Shown here piece by piece: positions 1 through 13,725 of a DNA stretch of 64,000 nt. The stretch is from Eledone cirrhosa (taxonomy: Eukaryota): the NCBI GenBank assembly GCA_964016885.1, contig OZ024741.1, forward strand, positions 264,182,001 through 264,246,000. The letters are read 5' to 3'. The notes beneath the pieces are model-generated. The model was not told the origin of the DNA, searched no databases, and saw nothing but the letters and a program-made list of their open reading frames with translations. The translations under genes and the position numbers were made by a program. Each line of letters begins with the position of its first letter. Within the stretch, counting starts at the first letter, position 1.

Positions 1-107
1 CTCGCGACCACTTGAGATAGTTTGGACGCACTTCATCTTTCTCTCACTCCCTAACCTGTTCCAACACAAACATTGTATGAACGAAGATACTTATTTCTCC
101 GTTACGT

Positions 108-515
108 AAGATCGGAGGCCATATTCAGTTGATTCAGGTTTATTTAAAACTCCGTTATACGTGTATATTTCACTGAGGACTATCAGTTATGATAGCCTGA
201 GCTCTTCAGACGGCAAAACCTAAAATAAACATAGGAAGTTCCTAAGAAACCTTTAAATTTGGAAAAATGCATTAATTTCCCCGAAAAAACAACACCAAGC
301 GTTTGGCCGGCCCCCTGTATCATGGAAAGAAAATCTTTTTCGGGAAAATTATTGTGGATTTTTCCAAATTTAAAGGATTTTTAGGCGCCTTTCAATGTTT
401 ATTTTAAGTTTAACCGTCTGAAGAGCTCAGGCTATCTTAACTGATACTCCTCAGTGAAATATGTAAAACGTAGTTTCAAATAAAGTTGAATCAACTGAAT
501 ATGGCCTTCGATCTT
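108..515. mobile_element. Inverted-repeat pair (~180-bp arms), Penelope-like element terminal repeats
   Basis: 108-288 is an imperfect reverse complement of 336-515 (aagatcggaggccatattcagttgattca / tgaatcaactgaatatggccttcgatctt). Each arm has a hammerhead core followed by AATAAA, the layout of Penelope pLTRs. Confidence 0.7.
152..213 (-). ncRNA. Type I hammerhead ribozyme motif, extended stem II
   Basis: Minus strand reads ccgt-CTGAAGA-gctcaggctatca(taac)tgatagtcctcagt-GAAA-tat(acac)gta-TA-acgg. Stems I, II and III all pair and the cleavage triplet is AUA. A degenerate copy lies on + at 414-470. Confidence 0.7.
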
Positions 516-987
516 TTATTGATATATAATGCTCCGACTTGCACCATATACACTGGTCGTTGAGCGCTTCTTTTTATCTGCTTCGCAGTTTCAATTTCGG
601 TGGTCTTATTCGCTCCAGTCACTAATCTGGTATTTTGTCAAATCCGCGAAGACTAGGTTTATTGAGAGGCGGCCTTTATTCGCCTCGTCGCAGCTACGTC
701 ATTGGGTTGTAAGAGTTTTCTTGGGAGCCGCAGATGTTATCCATTGCTCCAACTCCCCTAGTAGTTTACCGCTGCTGGTCAAGGGCTGCTTATTCGCCCG
801 GCAATTGTCTTCTTATATCGCAACTAACCATCATATTTGGTGGTCATATCGCTATCCGCCACCTACAACCCGTTCTCTAGCAGAACAGTTCTATCGAGAT
901 GTCTCTATACGAATGTCCGAGTATTTGTGTTCGGATAAATGGTGCTAAATCAAAACTGTCTGAGAACTCTTCCCCCACTACCCTCTC

Positions 988-1066
988 AAGAAGAAGAAGA
1001 AGAAGAAGAAGAAGAAGAAGAAGAAGAAGAAGAAGAAGAAGAAGAAGAAGAAGAAGAAGAAGAAGA
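988..1066 (+). repeat. (AAG)n microsatellite
   Basis: Pure trinucleotide run. Confidence 0.95.
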
Positions 1067-1084
1067 ATGAGGTGGAGAAGAAGA

Positions 1085-2500
1085 AGGGTGTATTTATTGA
1101 AGTTCCGTGTCTCTGGTGTATCCCAGAAGAGCAGATTCTTCAGAAATTCAGGAGGTTCTTGTATTGTTTTAAGGTTGACTTCGCCTTCTGAACAACATAG
1201 ACCTGGTGTTTCTTTTGCCCACATCTTGGCCCCGACTTCGCCGTCTGAGCAACATAGACGTGGTGTTTCTTTTGCCCTCATCTTGGCCCCGACTTTACCT
1301 TTGAGCAACATAGACTTGGTGTTTCTTTTGCCCTCATCTTGGCTCCGACTTTACCTTTGAGCAACATAGACTTGGTGTTTCTTTTGCCCTCATCTTGGCT
1401 CCGACTTTACGTTTGAGCAACATAGACTTGGTGTTTCTTTTGCCTACATCTTGGCCCCGACTTTACCTTTGAGCAACATAGACTTGGTGTTTCTTTTGCC
1501 CTCATCTTGGCCCCGATTTACCTTTAAGCAACATAGACTTGGTGTTTCTTTTGCCCTCATCTTGGCCCCGACTTTACCTTTGAGCAACATAGACCTGGTG
1601 TTTCTTTTGCCTACATCTTAGCTTCAACTTTACCTTCTGAGCAACATAGACCTGGTGTTTCTTTTGCCCACATTTTGGCCCCGAATTTACCTTTGAGCAA
1701 CATAGACCTGGTGTTTCTTTTGCCTACATCTTAGCTTCAACTTTACCTTCTGAGCAACATAGACCTGGTGTTTCTTTTGCCCACATTTTGGCCCCGAATT
1801 TACCTTTGAGCAACATAGACCTGGTGTTTCTTTTGCCTACATCTTAGCTTCAACTTTACCTTCTGAGCAACATAGACCTGGTGTTTCTTTTGCCCACATT
1901 TTGGCCCCGAATTTACCTTTGAGCAACATAGACCTGGTGTTTCTTTTGCCTACATCTTAGCTTCAACTTTACCTTCTGAGCAACATAGACCTGGTGTTTC
2001 TTTTGCCCACATTTTGGCCCCGAATTTACCTTTGAGCAACATAGACCTGGTGTTTCTTTTGCCTACATCTTAGCTTCAACTTTACCTTCTGAGCAACATA
2101 GACCTGGTGTTTCTTTTGCCCACATTTTGGCCCCGAATTTACCTTTGAGCAACATAGACCTGGTGTTTCTTTTGCCTACATCTTAGCTTCAACTTTACCT
2201 TCTGAGCAACATAGACCTGGTGTTTCTTTTGCCCACATTTTGGCCCCGAATTTACCTTTGAGCAACATAGACCTGGTGTTTCTTTTGCCCACATCTTGGT
2301 CCCACAATGCCGGAAACATCTGTTCATTTTTCCAATGTTGATTTGTGGATTGCTGCTGCAGTCCTTTTGTGGGTCATAAGTTAAAATACCCAACTGCCAG
2401 TTCCTACTGTGGCGCGGGTAGCAGAACGATCTGTTTGATCAGCTTTTCGTCTAATTTTCTGCTGTTCCTCAATTTGTTGTTCTCAGTCTTTTTTTTATCC
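1085..2500 (-). mobile_element. Helitron Rep/Hel N-terminal coding fragment, disrupted by internal tandem amplification
   Basis: Minus-strand translation YDPQKDCSSNPQINIGKMNRCFRHCGTKMWAKETPGLCCSxGxV...LKTIQEPPEFLKNLL...NKY matches the Helitron N-terminal Cys motif (IG.M...C.HC.....E..G.CC..GKV.L....PP..L..LL). Confidence 0.75.
1178..2300. repeat. 56/57-bp minisatellite (~20 units; 113-bp dimer from ~1580)
   Basis: Unit tgagcaacatagacctggtgtttcttttgcc... recurs at 1302, 1358 ... 1581, 1638, 1694 etc. Confidence 0.95.
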
Positions 2501-2519
2501 AAATCGTACTCTGTGCTCG

Positions 2520-3900
2520 TTGATGGTGGCAGTGATAGTGATGGTGATGGTGATGGTGGTGATGGTAGTGGTAATGGTTATGGTGGTGATGGTGATGGTG
2601 GTGTTGATGGTGATGATGGTGGTGGTGATGGTGATGGTGATGGTGATGGTGATGGTGGTGATGGTGATTATGATGGTGGTGGTGATGGTGATGGTGGTGG
2701 TGATGGTGGTGTTGATGGTGATGGTGATGGTGGTGATGGTAGTGGTAATGGTTATGGTGGTGATGGTGATGGTGGTGTTGATGGTGATGATGGTGGTGGT
2801 GATGGTGATGGTGATGGTGATGGTGATGGTGATGGTGGTGATGGTGATTATGATGGTGGTGGTGATGGTGATGGTGGTGGTGGTGGTGGTGTTGGTGATG
2901 GTGATGGTGATTATGATGGTGGTGGTGATGGTGATGGTGATGGTGGGGATGGTGGTCGTGGTGTTGATGGTGGTGATGGTAATGGTGGTGATGATGCTGG
3001 TGGTGATGGTGATGGTGGTGATGATAGTGATGGTGATGGTGATGGTGATGGTGGTGATGGTGATTATGATGGTGGTGGTGATGGTGATGGTGGTGGTGAT
3101 GGTGGTGTTGGTGATGGTGATGGTGATTATGATGGTGGTGGTGATGGTGATGGTGATGGTGGGGATGGTGGTGGTGGTGTTGATGGTGGTGATGGTAATG
3201 GTGGTGATGATGCTGGTGGTGATGGTGATGGTGGTGATGATAGTGATGGTGATGGTGATGGTTTGGTTGATGGTGGTGATGGTGATGCTGGTGGTGATGG
3301 TGATGGTCGTGATGATGCTGGTGTTGGTGGTGGTAGTGGTGGTGATGTGAGTGGTGGTGTTGGTGGTGGTAGTGTTGGTGATGTGAGTGGTGGTGTTGGT
3401 GGTGGTAGTGTTGGTGATGTGAGTGGTGGTGTTGGTGGTGGTAGTGGTGGTGATGTGAGTGGTGGTGTTGGTGGTGGTAGTGGTGGTGATGTGAGTGGTG
3501 GTGTTGGTGGTGGTAGTGGTGGTGATGTGAGTGGGGGTGTTGGTGGTGGTAGTGTTGGTGATGTGAGTGGTGATGTTGGTGGTGGTAGTGGTGGTGATGT
3601 GAGTGGTGGTGTTGGTGGTGGTAGTGTTGGTGATGTGAGTGGTGGTGTTGGTGGTGGTAGTGTTGGTGATGTGAGTGGTGGTGTTGGTGGTGGTAGTGGT
3701 GATGATGTGAGTGGTGGTGTTGGTGGTGGTAGTGGTGGTGATGTGAGTGGTGGTGTTGGTGGTGGTAGTGTTGGTGATGTGAGTGGTGGTGTTGGTGGTG
3801 GTAGTGTTGGTGATGTGAGTGGTGGTGTTGGTGGTGGTAGTGTTGGTGATGTGAGTGGTGGTGTTGGTGGTGGTAGTGGTGGTATTAGTGGAGTTGGTGA
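2520..3900. repeat. (GGT/GAT)n degenerate microsatellite grading into a 36-bp minisatellite (~3330-3880)
   Basis: Unit gtgagtggtggtgttggtggtggtagtgttggtgat repeated about 15 times. Confidence 0.95.
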
Positions 3901-3959
3901 TGTATTCTCTCTCCCTGCAATTCCTCACATTAATCCTCTTACATTTCCTCATACCCACT

Positions 3960-6900
3960 GTGTCTGTGTGGTGTGTACATGTATGTGTAGTTGTCTGTGG
4001 TGTGTACATGTATGTGTAGTTGTGTCTGTGTGGTGTGTACATGTATGTGTAGTTGTGTCTGTGTGGTGTGTACATGTATGTGTAGTTGTGTCTGTGTGGT
4101 GTGTACATGTATGTGTGGTTGTGTCTGTGTGGTGTGTACATGTATGTGTAGGTGTGTCTGTGTGGTGTGTACATGTATGTGTAGTTGTGTCTGTGTGGTG
4201 TGTACATGTATGTGTAGGTGTGTCTGTGTGGTGTGTACATGTATGTGTAGTTGTGTCTGTGTGGTGTGTACATGTATGTGTAGTTGTGTCTGTGTGGTGT
4301 GTACATGTATGTGTAGTTGTGTCTGTGTGGTGTGTACATGTATGTGTAGGTGTGTCTGTGTGGTGTGTACATGTATGTGTAGTTGTGTCTGTGTGGTGTG
4401 TACATGTATGTGTAGTTGTGTCTGTGTGGTGTGTACATGTATGTGTGGTTGTGTCTGTGTGGTGTGTACATATATGTGTAGTTGTGTCTGTGTGGTGTGT
4501 ACATGTATGTGTAGGTGTGTCTGTGTGGTGTGTACATGTATGTGTAGTTGTGTCTGTGTGGTGTGTACATGTATGTGTGGTTGTGTCTGTGTGGTGTGTA
4601 CATGTATGTGTAGGTGTGTCTGTGTGGTGTGTACATGTATGTGTAGGTGTGTCTGTGTGGTGTGTACATGTATGTGTAGTTGTGTCTGTGTGGTGTGTAC
4701 ATGTATGTGTAGTTGTGTCTGTGTGGTGTGTACATGTATGTGTAGTTGTGTCTGTGTGGTGTGTACATGTATGTGTAGGTGTGTCTGTGTGGTGTGTACA
4801 TGTATGTGTAGTTGTGTCTGTGTGGTGTGTACATGTATGTGTAGTTGTGTCTGTGTGGTGTGTACATGTATGTGTGGTTGTGTCTGTGTGGTGTGTACAT
4901 GTATGTGTAGTTGTGTCTGTGTGGTGTGTACATGTATGTGTAGGTGTGTCTGTGTGGTGTGTACATGTATGTGTAGTTGTGTCTGTGTGGTGTGTACATG
5001 TATGTGTGGTTGTGTCTGTGTGGTGTGTACATGTATGTGTAGTTGTGTCTGTGTGGTGTGTACATGTATGTGTAGTTGTGTCTGTGTGGTGTGTACATGT
5101 ATGTGTAGTTGTGTCTGTGTGGTGTGTACATGTATGTGTAGTTGTGTCTGTGTGGTGTGTACATGTATGTGTGGTTGTGTCTGTGTGGTGTGTACATGTA
5201 TGTGTGGTTGTGTCTGTGTGGTGTGTACATGTATGTGTAGTTGTGTCTGTGTGGTGTGTACATGTATGTGTAGTTGTCTGTGGTGTGTACATGTATGTGT
5301 GGTTGTGTCTGTGTGGTGTGTACATGTATGTGTAGGTGTGTCTGTGTGGTGTGTACATGTATGTGTAGTTGTGTCTGTGTTGTGTACATGTATGTGTAGT
5401 TGTGTCTGTGTGGTGTGTACATGTATGTGTAGTTGTGTCTGTGTGGTGTTTACATGTATGTGTGGTTGTGTCTGTGTGGTGTGTACATGTATGTGTGGTT
5501 GTGTCTGTGTGGTGTGTACATGTATGTGTAGTTGTGTCTGTGTGGTGTGTACATGTATGTGTAGTTGTCTGTGGTGTGTACATGTATGTGTGGTTGTGTC
5601 TGTGTGGTGTGTACATGTATGTGTAGGTGTGTCTGTGTGGTGTGTACATGTATGTGTAGTTGTGTCTGTGTTGTGTACATGTATGTGTAGTTGTGTCTGT
5701 GTGGTGTGTACATGTATGTGTAGTTGTGTCTGTGTGGTGTGTACATGTATGTGTAGTTGTGTCTGTGTGGTGTGTACATGTATGTGTAGTTGTGTCTGTG
5801 TGGTGTGTACATGTATGTGTAGTTGTGTCTGTGTGGTGTGTACATGTATGTGTAGTTGTGTCTGTGTGGTGTGTACATGTATGTGTAGTTGTGTCTGTGT
5901 GGTGTGTACATGTATGTGTGGTTGTGTCTGTGTGGTGTGTACATGTATGTGTGGTTGTGTCTGTGTGGTGTGTACATGTATGTGTAGTTGTGTCTGTGTG
6001 GTGTGTACATGTATGTGTAGTTGTCTGTGGTGTGTACATGTATGTGTGGTTGTGTCTGTGTGGTGTGTACATGTATGTGTAGTTGTGTCTGTGTGGTGTG
6101 TACATGTATGTGTAGTTGTCTGTGGTGTGTACATGTATGTGTAGTTGTGTCTGTATGGTGTGTACATGTATGTGTAGTTGTGTCTGTGTGGTGTGTACAT
6201 GTATGTGTAGTTGTGTCTGTGTGGTGTGTACATGTATGTGTGGTTGTGTCTGTGTGGTGTGTACATGTATGTGTGGTTGTGTCTGTGTGGTGTGTACATG
6301 TATGTGTAGTTGTCTGTGGTGTGTACATGTATGTGTAGTTGTGTCTGTGTGGTGTGTACATGTATGTGTAGTTGTCTGTGGTGTGTACATGTATGTGTAG
6401 TTGTGTCTGTGTGGTGTGTACATGTATGTGTAGTTGTGTCTGTGTGGTGTGTACATGTATGTGTAGTTGTGTCTGTGTGGTGTGTACATGTATGTGTGGT
6501 TGTGTCTGTGTGGTGTGTACATGTATGTGTGGTTGTGTCTGTGTGGTGTGTACATGTATGTGTAGGTGTGTCTGTGTGGTGTGTACATGTATGTGTAGGT
6601 GTGTCTGTGTGGTGTGTACATGTATGTGTAGTTGTGTCTGTGTGGTGTGTACATGTATGTGTGGTTGTGTCTGTGTGGTGTGTACATGTATGTGTAGTTG
6701 TGTCTGTGTGGTGTGTACATGTATGTGTAGGTGTGTCTGTGTGGTGTGTACATGTATGTGTAGTTGTGTCTGTGTGGTGTGTACATGTATGTGTAGTTGT
6801 GTCTGTATGGCGTGTACATGTATGTGTAGTTGTGTCTGTGTGGTGTGTACATGTATGTGTGGTTGTGTCTGTGTGGTGTGTACATGTATGTGTAGTTGTG

Positions 6901-9068
6901 TCTGTGTGGTGTGTACATGTATGTGTAGGTGTGTCTGTGTGGTGTGTACATGTATGTGTAGTTGTGTCTGTGTGGTGTGTACATGTATGTGTAGTTGTGT
7001 CTGTGTGGTGTGTACATGTATGTGTGGTTGTGTCTGTGTGGTGTGTACATGTATGTGTGGTTGTGTCTGTCTGGTGTGTACATGTATGTGTAGTTGTCTG
7101 TGGTGTGTATATGTATGTGTAGTTGTGTCTGTGTGGTGTGTACATGTATGTGTAGTTGTGTCTGTGTGGTGTGTACATGTATGTGTAGGTGTGTCTGTGT
7201 GGTGTGTACATGTATGTGTAGTTGTGTCTGTGTGGTGTGTACATGTATGTGTGGTTGTGTTTGTGTGGTGTGTACATGTATGTGTAGTTGTGTCTGTGTG
7301 GTGTGTACATGTATGTGTAGTTGTGTCTGTGTGGTGTGTACATGTATGTGTAGTTGTGTCTGTGTGGTGTGTACATGTATGTGTGGTTGTGTTTGTGTGG
7401 TGTGTACATGTATGTGTAGTTGTGTCTGTGTGGTGTGTACATGTATGTGTAGGTGTGTCTGTGTGGTGTGTACATGTATGTGTAGTTGTCTGTGGTGTGT
7501 ACATGTATGTGTAGGTGTGTCTGTGTGGTGTGTACATGTATGTGTGGTTGTGTCTGTGTGGTGTGTACATGTATGTGTAGGTGTGTCTGTGTGGTGTGTA
7601 CATGTATGTGTAGTTGTGTCTGTGTGGTGTGTACATGTATGTGTGGTTGTGTTTGTGTGGTGTGTACATGTATGTGTAGTTGTGTCTGTGTGGTGTGTAC
7701 ATGTATGTGTAGGTGTGTCTGTGTGGTGTGTACATGTATGTGTAGTTGTCTGTGGTGTGTACATGTATGTGTAGTTGTGTCTGTGTGGTGTGTACATGTA
7801 TGTGTAGTTGTCTGTGTTGTGTACATGTATGTGTAGTTGTGTCTGTGTGGTGTGTACATGTATGTGTAGTTGTGTCTGTGTGGTGTGTACATGTATGTGT
7901 AGTTGTGTCTGTGTGGTGTGTACATGTATGTGTAGTTGTGTCTGTGTGGTGTGTACATGTATGTGTAGGTGTGTCTGTGTGGTGTGTACATGTATGTGTA
8001 CGTGTGTCTGTGTGGTGTGTACATGTATTTGTAGTTGTGTCTGTGTGGTGTGTACATGTATGTGTAGTTGTGTCTGTGTGGTGTGTACATGTGTGTGTAG
8101 TTGTCTGTGGTGTGTACATGTATGTGTAGTTGTGTCTGTGTGGTGTGTACATGTATGTGTAGGTGTGTCTGTGTGGTGTGTACATGTATGTGTAGTTGTG
8201 TCTGTGTGGTGTGTACATGTATGTGTAGTTGTGTTTGTGTGGTGTGTACATGTATGCGTAGTTGTCTGTGTGGTGTGTACATGTATGTGTGGTTGTGTCT
8301 GTGTGGTGTGTACATGTATGTGTAGGTGTGTCTGTGTGGTGTGTACATGTATGTGTAGTTGTGTCTGTGTGGTGTGTACATGTATGTGTAGGTGTGTCTG
8401 TGTGGTGTGTACATGTATGTGTAGTTGTGCCTGTGTGGTGTGTACATGTATGTGTAGTTGTGTCTGTGTGGTGTGTACATGTATGTGTAGTTGTCTGTGG
8501 TGTGTACATGTATGTGTGGTTGTGTCTGTGTGGTGTGTACATGTATGTGTAGGTGTGTCTGTGTGGTGTGTACATGTATGTGTAGTTGTGTCTGTGTTGT
8601 GTACATGTATGTGTAGTTTTGTCTGTGTGGTGTGTACATGTATGTGTAGTTGTGTCTGTGTGGTGTGTACATGTATGTGTAGTTGTGTCTGTGTGGTGTG
8701 TACATGTATGTGTAGTTGTGTCTGTGTGGTGTGTACATGTATGTGTAGTTGTGTCTCTGGTGTGTACATGTATGTGTAGTTGTGTCTGTGTGGTGTGTAC
8801 ATGTATGTGTGGTTGTGTCTGTGTGGTGTGTACATGTATGTGTAGTTGTGTCTGTGTGGTGTGTACATGTATGTGTAGTTGTCTGTGTTGTGTACATGTA
8901 TGTGTAGTTGTGTCTGTGTGGTGTGTACGTGTATGTGTAGTTGTGTCTGTGTGGTGTGTACATGTATGTGTAGTTGTGTCTCTGGTGTGTACATGTATGT
9001 GTAGTTGTGTCTGTGTGGTGTATACACGTATGTGTAGTTGTCTGTGGTGTGTACATGTATGTGTAGTT
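3960..9068. repeat. 33-bp minisatellite, ~5.1 kb (~155 units)
   Basis: Unit gttgtgtctgtgtggtgtgtacatgtatgtgta with recurrent point variants and 29-bp deleted units. Confidence 0.97.
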
Positions 9069-9069
9069 G

Positions 9070-10976
9070 ACTCTGAGTTTGTGTGTTTTTGTATGTGTAC
9101 ATATGGGTGTGTCTTTATGTTTCTTTGTGTTTGTATGTGTATGTCTGATTTTGTCTGTATGTCTGTATTCGTTTGTGTGTCTGTTTGTGAGTGTGTGTCT
9201 GTGTGCCTGTGTATGTGAGTGTGTGCCTGCGTGTGTATGTGTGAGTGTGTGTGTCTGTGTGTCTGTGTACATGTATGTGTGTCTGTGTGTGTCTCTGTGT
9301 GTGTGTCTGTGTGTGTTAGTCTGTAAGTGCGTGTATGTGTTTGTGTGTGTGTATGTGTGTGAGTATGTGCCTGCGTGTCTATGTGTGAGTGTGTGTGTGT
9401 CTGTGTACATGTATGTGTGTCTGTGTGTGTGTGTCTATGTGTGTTTGTCTGTAAGTACGTGTATGTGTTTGTGTGTGTGTCTGTGTGTGAGTATGTGCCT
9501 GCGTGTCTATATGTGAGTGTGTGTGTGTGCGTCTGTGAGTGTGTGTCTGTGTGTCTGTGTGTGAGTGTGTCTGTGTGTGAGTGTGTGTGTCTGTGTGAAT
9601 GTGTGTGAATGTGTGTGTCTGTGTATCTGCGTGCGAGTGTGTGTGTCTGTGTGTGAGTGTGTGTGTCTATGTGTGTGTGTATGTGTCTGTGTGTGCGTCT
9701 GTTTGTGAGTATGTGCCTGCGTGCCTGTGTGTGAGTATGTGAGTGTGTGTGCGTCTGTAAGTGTGTGTCTGTGTGTCTGTGTGTGAGTGTGTGTGCGTCT
9801 GTGAGTGTGTGTCTGTGTGTCTGTGTGTGAGTGTGTGCGTCTGTGAGTGTGTGTCTGTGTGTCTGTGTGTCTGTGTGTGAATGTGTGCGTCTGTGAGTGT
9901 GTGTCTGTGTGTCTGTGTGTGAGTGTGTGCGTCTGTGTGCGTCTGTGAGTGTGTGTCTGTGTGTCTGTGTGTGAGTGTGTGCGTCTGTGAGTGTGTGTCT
10001 GTGTGTCTGTGTGTCTGTGTGTGAGTGTGCGCGTCTGTGAGTGTGTGTCTGTGTGTCTGTGTGTGAGTGTGTGCGTCTGTGTGCGTCTGTGAGTGTGTGT
10101 CTGTGTGTCTGTGTGTGAGTGTGTGCGTCTGTGAGTGTGTGTCTGTGTGTCTGTGTGTGAGTGTGTGTGAGTGTGTGCGTCTGTGAGTGTGTGTCTGTGT
10201 GTCTGTGTGTGAGTGTGTGCGTCTGTGAGTGTGTGTTTGTGTGTCTGTGTGTGAGTGTGTGAGTGTGTGCGTCTGTGAGTGTGTGTCTGTGTGTCTGTGT
10301 GTGAGTGTGTGTGAGTGTGTGCGTCTGTGAGTGTGTGTCTGTGTGTCTGTGTGTGAGTGTGTGTAAGTGTGTGCGTCTGTGAGTGTGTGTCTGTGTGTCT
10401 GTGCGTGAGTGTGTGCGTCTGTGAGTGTGTGTTTGTGTGTCTGTGTGTGAGTGTGTGAGTGTGTGCGTCTGTGAGTGTGTGTCTGTGTGTCTGTGTGTGA
10501 GTGTGTGTGAGTGTGTGCGTCTGTGAGTGTGTGTCTGTGTGTCTGTGTGTGAGTGTGTGCGTCTGTGAGTGTGTGTTTGTGTGTCTGTGTGTGAGTGTGT
10601 GAGTGTGTGCGTCTGTGAGTGTGTGTCTGTGTGTCTGTGTGTGAGTGTGTGTGAGTGTGTGCGTCTGTGAGTGTGTGTCTGTGTGTCTGTGTGTGAGTGT
10701 GTGCGTCTGTGAGTGTGTGTTTGTGTGTCTGTGTGTGAGTGTGTGAGTGTGTGTGTCTGTGAGTGTGTGTCTGTGTGTCTGTGTGTGAGTGTGTGTGAGT
10801 GTGTGCGTCTGTGAGTGTGTGTCTGTGTGTCTGTGTGTGAGTGTGTGCGTCTGTGAGTGTGTGTTTCTGTGTCTGTGTGTGTGTGTGAGTGTGTGCGTCT
10901 GTGAGTGTGTGTTTGTGTGTCTGTGTGTGAGTGTGTGTGTGGGCGTCTGTGAGTGTCTGTGTGTGAGTCTGTGTGC
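9070..10976. repeat. Compound (GT)-based satellite (gtct/gtga/gtgc interruptions)
   Basis: Directly visible. Confidence 0.93.
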
Positions 10977-11057
10977 TAAATGTTTTATCACTAGACAAGG
11001 AATTTGAAATCATTTCATTGGCTAAAATTCATTGTCAGATATAGAGTGGCAATTTTA

Positions 11058-11088
<31 letters not shown>

Positions 11089-11141
11089 GGAGGTGGTGGA
11101 GGTGGTGGTGGTGGTGGTGGTGGTAGTAGTAGTAGTGGCAA

Positions 11142-11192
<51 letters not shown>

Positions 11193-12490
11193 CTGTAGTA
11201 GAACTGTTTCTTATATTGACTGACATAACTGCTATTGCAGTTGCAACTGCAGCACTGGGAACAGCTGCAACGTCACTTTGCCGCTGGAATATCCGTAGAA
11301 ACTGCAAAGACAGTAGCAACTGCAATAATACAATAACTGCAATAAAATAGAAACTACAACAACAGTAGCCACTGCAACAATAACAGCAACTGCAACAACA
11401 GTAGCCACTGCAACAATAACAGCAACTGCAATAACAGCAACTGCAACAACAGTAGCCACTGCAACAATAACAGCAACTGCAACAACAGTAGCCACTGCAA
11501 CAATAACAGCATCTGCAACAACAGTAGCCACTGCAACAATAACAGCAACTGCAATAATACAGCATCTGCAACAATAGTAGCCACTGCAACAATAACAGCA
11601 ACTGCAACAATAACAACAACTGCAATAAAATAGAAACTGCAACAACAGTAGCGACTACAACAATAACAGCAACTACAACAATAACAGCAACTGCAACAAT
11701 AACAGCAACTGCAATAAAACAGCATCTGCAACAACAGTAGCGACTACAACAATAACAGCAACTGCAATAAAACAGCATCTGCAACAACAGTAACAACTAC
11801 AACAATAACAGCAACTGCAATAAAACAGCACCTGCAACAACAGTAGCGACTACAACAATAACAGCAACTGCAACAGTAACAGTAACAACTGCAATAATAA
11901 CAAACAGCAACTGCAATAAAACAGCATCTGCAACAACCATAACCACTACAACAATAACAGCAACTGCAACAATAACAGCAACTGCATTAAAATAGTAACT
12001 GCAACAACAGTAACAACTGCAGCAAAAACAGTGACTGCAACAAAATTACCAACTGCAATAAAAACTGCAACAACAATAGCGATTGCAACAGCAACTGCAG
12101 CAAAAACAGCAACTGCAACAACGGTAACAACTGCAACAATAACAGCTACTGCAACAATAACACCAACTGCAACAATAACAGCTACTGCAACAACGGTAAC
12201 AACTGCAAGAAAAACAGCAACTGCAGCAACGGTAACAACTGCAACAATAACAGCTACTGCAACAATAACACCAACTGCAACAATAACAGCTACTGCAACA
12301 ACGGTAACAACTGCAACAAAAACAGCAACTGCAACAACGGTAACAACTGCAACAATAACAGCAACTGTAACAATAACAGCAACTGCAGCAAAAACAGCAA
12401 CTGCAACAACGGTAACAACTGCAACAAAAACAGCAACTGCAATAAAAACAAGCAACTGCAGCAGAAAGTGCATCAGCAACAACAACAGAA
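11058..12490. repeat. (AGT)/(GGT)n followed by degenerate (GCA/ACA)-based 18-bp-type repeats
   Basis: actgcaacaataacagca-like units. Confidence 0.9.
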
Positions 12491-12774
12491 CTTAGCGTGG
12501 CTTTAATTAAGTGCAATTAGTTGCAGGATCATTAATTATCGTCGTTTCGAACCCCGTCAACTTTCATTCAGGAGATCTGATTAAAAAACATTCTTGCCCT
12601 GACCTTCGGGTCCCTTTTCCTCTGTCACGGTGTATCTAGGAATACTTTACCCAATGTGCGTCTTCATTTTAAAAGAATGATGGGTTGGGAGCAATTTGTT
12701 GGAGAATTGGCTGCTATTTCTTTCATATTGAGGGACCACGTAGGTGTTTCATCAATGACCCAATAGTAATATTT

Positions 12775-12823
12775 TTGTTGATGCTGTTACTACTGCTGCT
12801 GTTGCTGCTGCTGTTGTTGTCAC

Positions 12824-12854
<31 letters not shown>

Positions 12855-13003
12855 GTTGTTGCTGTTGTTGTTGTTGGTGTTGTTGTTGGTGTTGTTATTG
12901 CTGTTCTTGTTAATGTTATTACTATTGTTGTTGCTGTTGTTGTTGTTGGTGTTGTTGTTGGTATTGGTGTTGTTGTTGTTGTTGTTGCTGCTGTTGTTGT
13001 TAC

Positions 13004-13052
<49 letters not shown>

Positions 13053-13224
13053 GGTGTTGCTGTTGTTGTTATTGTTGCTGTTGTTGTTGTTGTTGCTGTT
13101 GTTGTTGTTGTTGTTGGTGGTGGTGTTGTTGTTGTTGGTGGTGGTGTTATTGCTGTTCTTCTTGTTAATGTTATTACTGTTGTTGTTGCTGTTGTTGTTG
13201 TTGTTAGTGTTGTTGTTGTTGGTG

Positions 13225-13256
<32 letters not shown>

Positions 13257-13693
13257 GTTGTTACTGTTGTTGTTGTTGCTGTTGGTGGTGGTGGTGTTGT
13301 TACTGTTGTTGTTGTTGTTGGTGTTGTTACTGTTGTTGGTGTTGTTGGTGGTGTTGTTGGTGTTGTTGTTGTTGGTGGTGTTGTTACTGTTGTTGTTGTT
13401 GTTGGTGTTGTTGCTGTTGTTGCTGTTGTTGGTGGTGTTGTTGGTGTTGTTGTTGTTGTTGTTGTTGTTGTTGCTGCTGTTGTTGTTGGTGGTGTTGTTG
13501 TTGTTAGTGGTGATGTCGTTATTGCTGTTCTTCTTGTTGTTAATGTTATTACTGTTGTTGTTGCTTTTGTTGTTGGTGTTGTTGTTGTTGGTGTTGTTGT
13601 TGTTGCTGCTGTTGTTACTGTTGTTGTTGTTGGTGTTGTTGTTGTTACTGTTGTTGTTGCTGTTGTTGTTGGTGTTGTTGTTGGTGTTGTTGC

Positions 13694-13725
<32 letters not shown>

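Noticed and set aside
529-987. 139-aa ORF, possibly a LINE 3' end with an (AAG)n tail
   Set aside because: No recognisable motif. It cannot be assigned without a database search.
1178-2300. Regular repeat resembling a CRISPR array
   Set aside because: No unique spacers, eukaryotic context and no cas genes. It is a tandem minisatellite.
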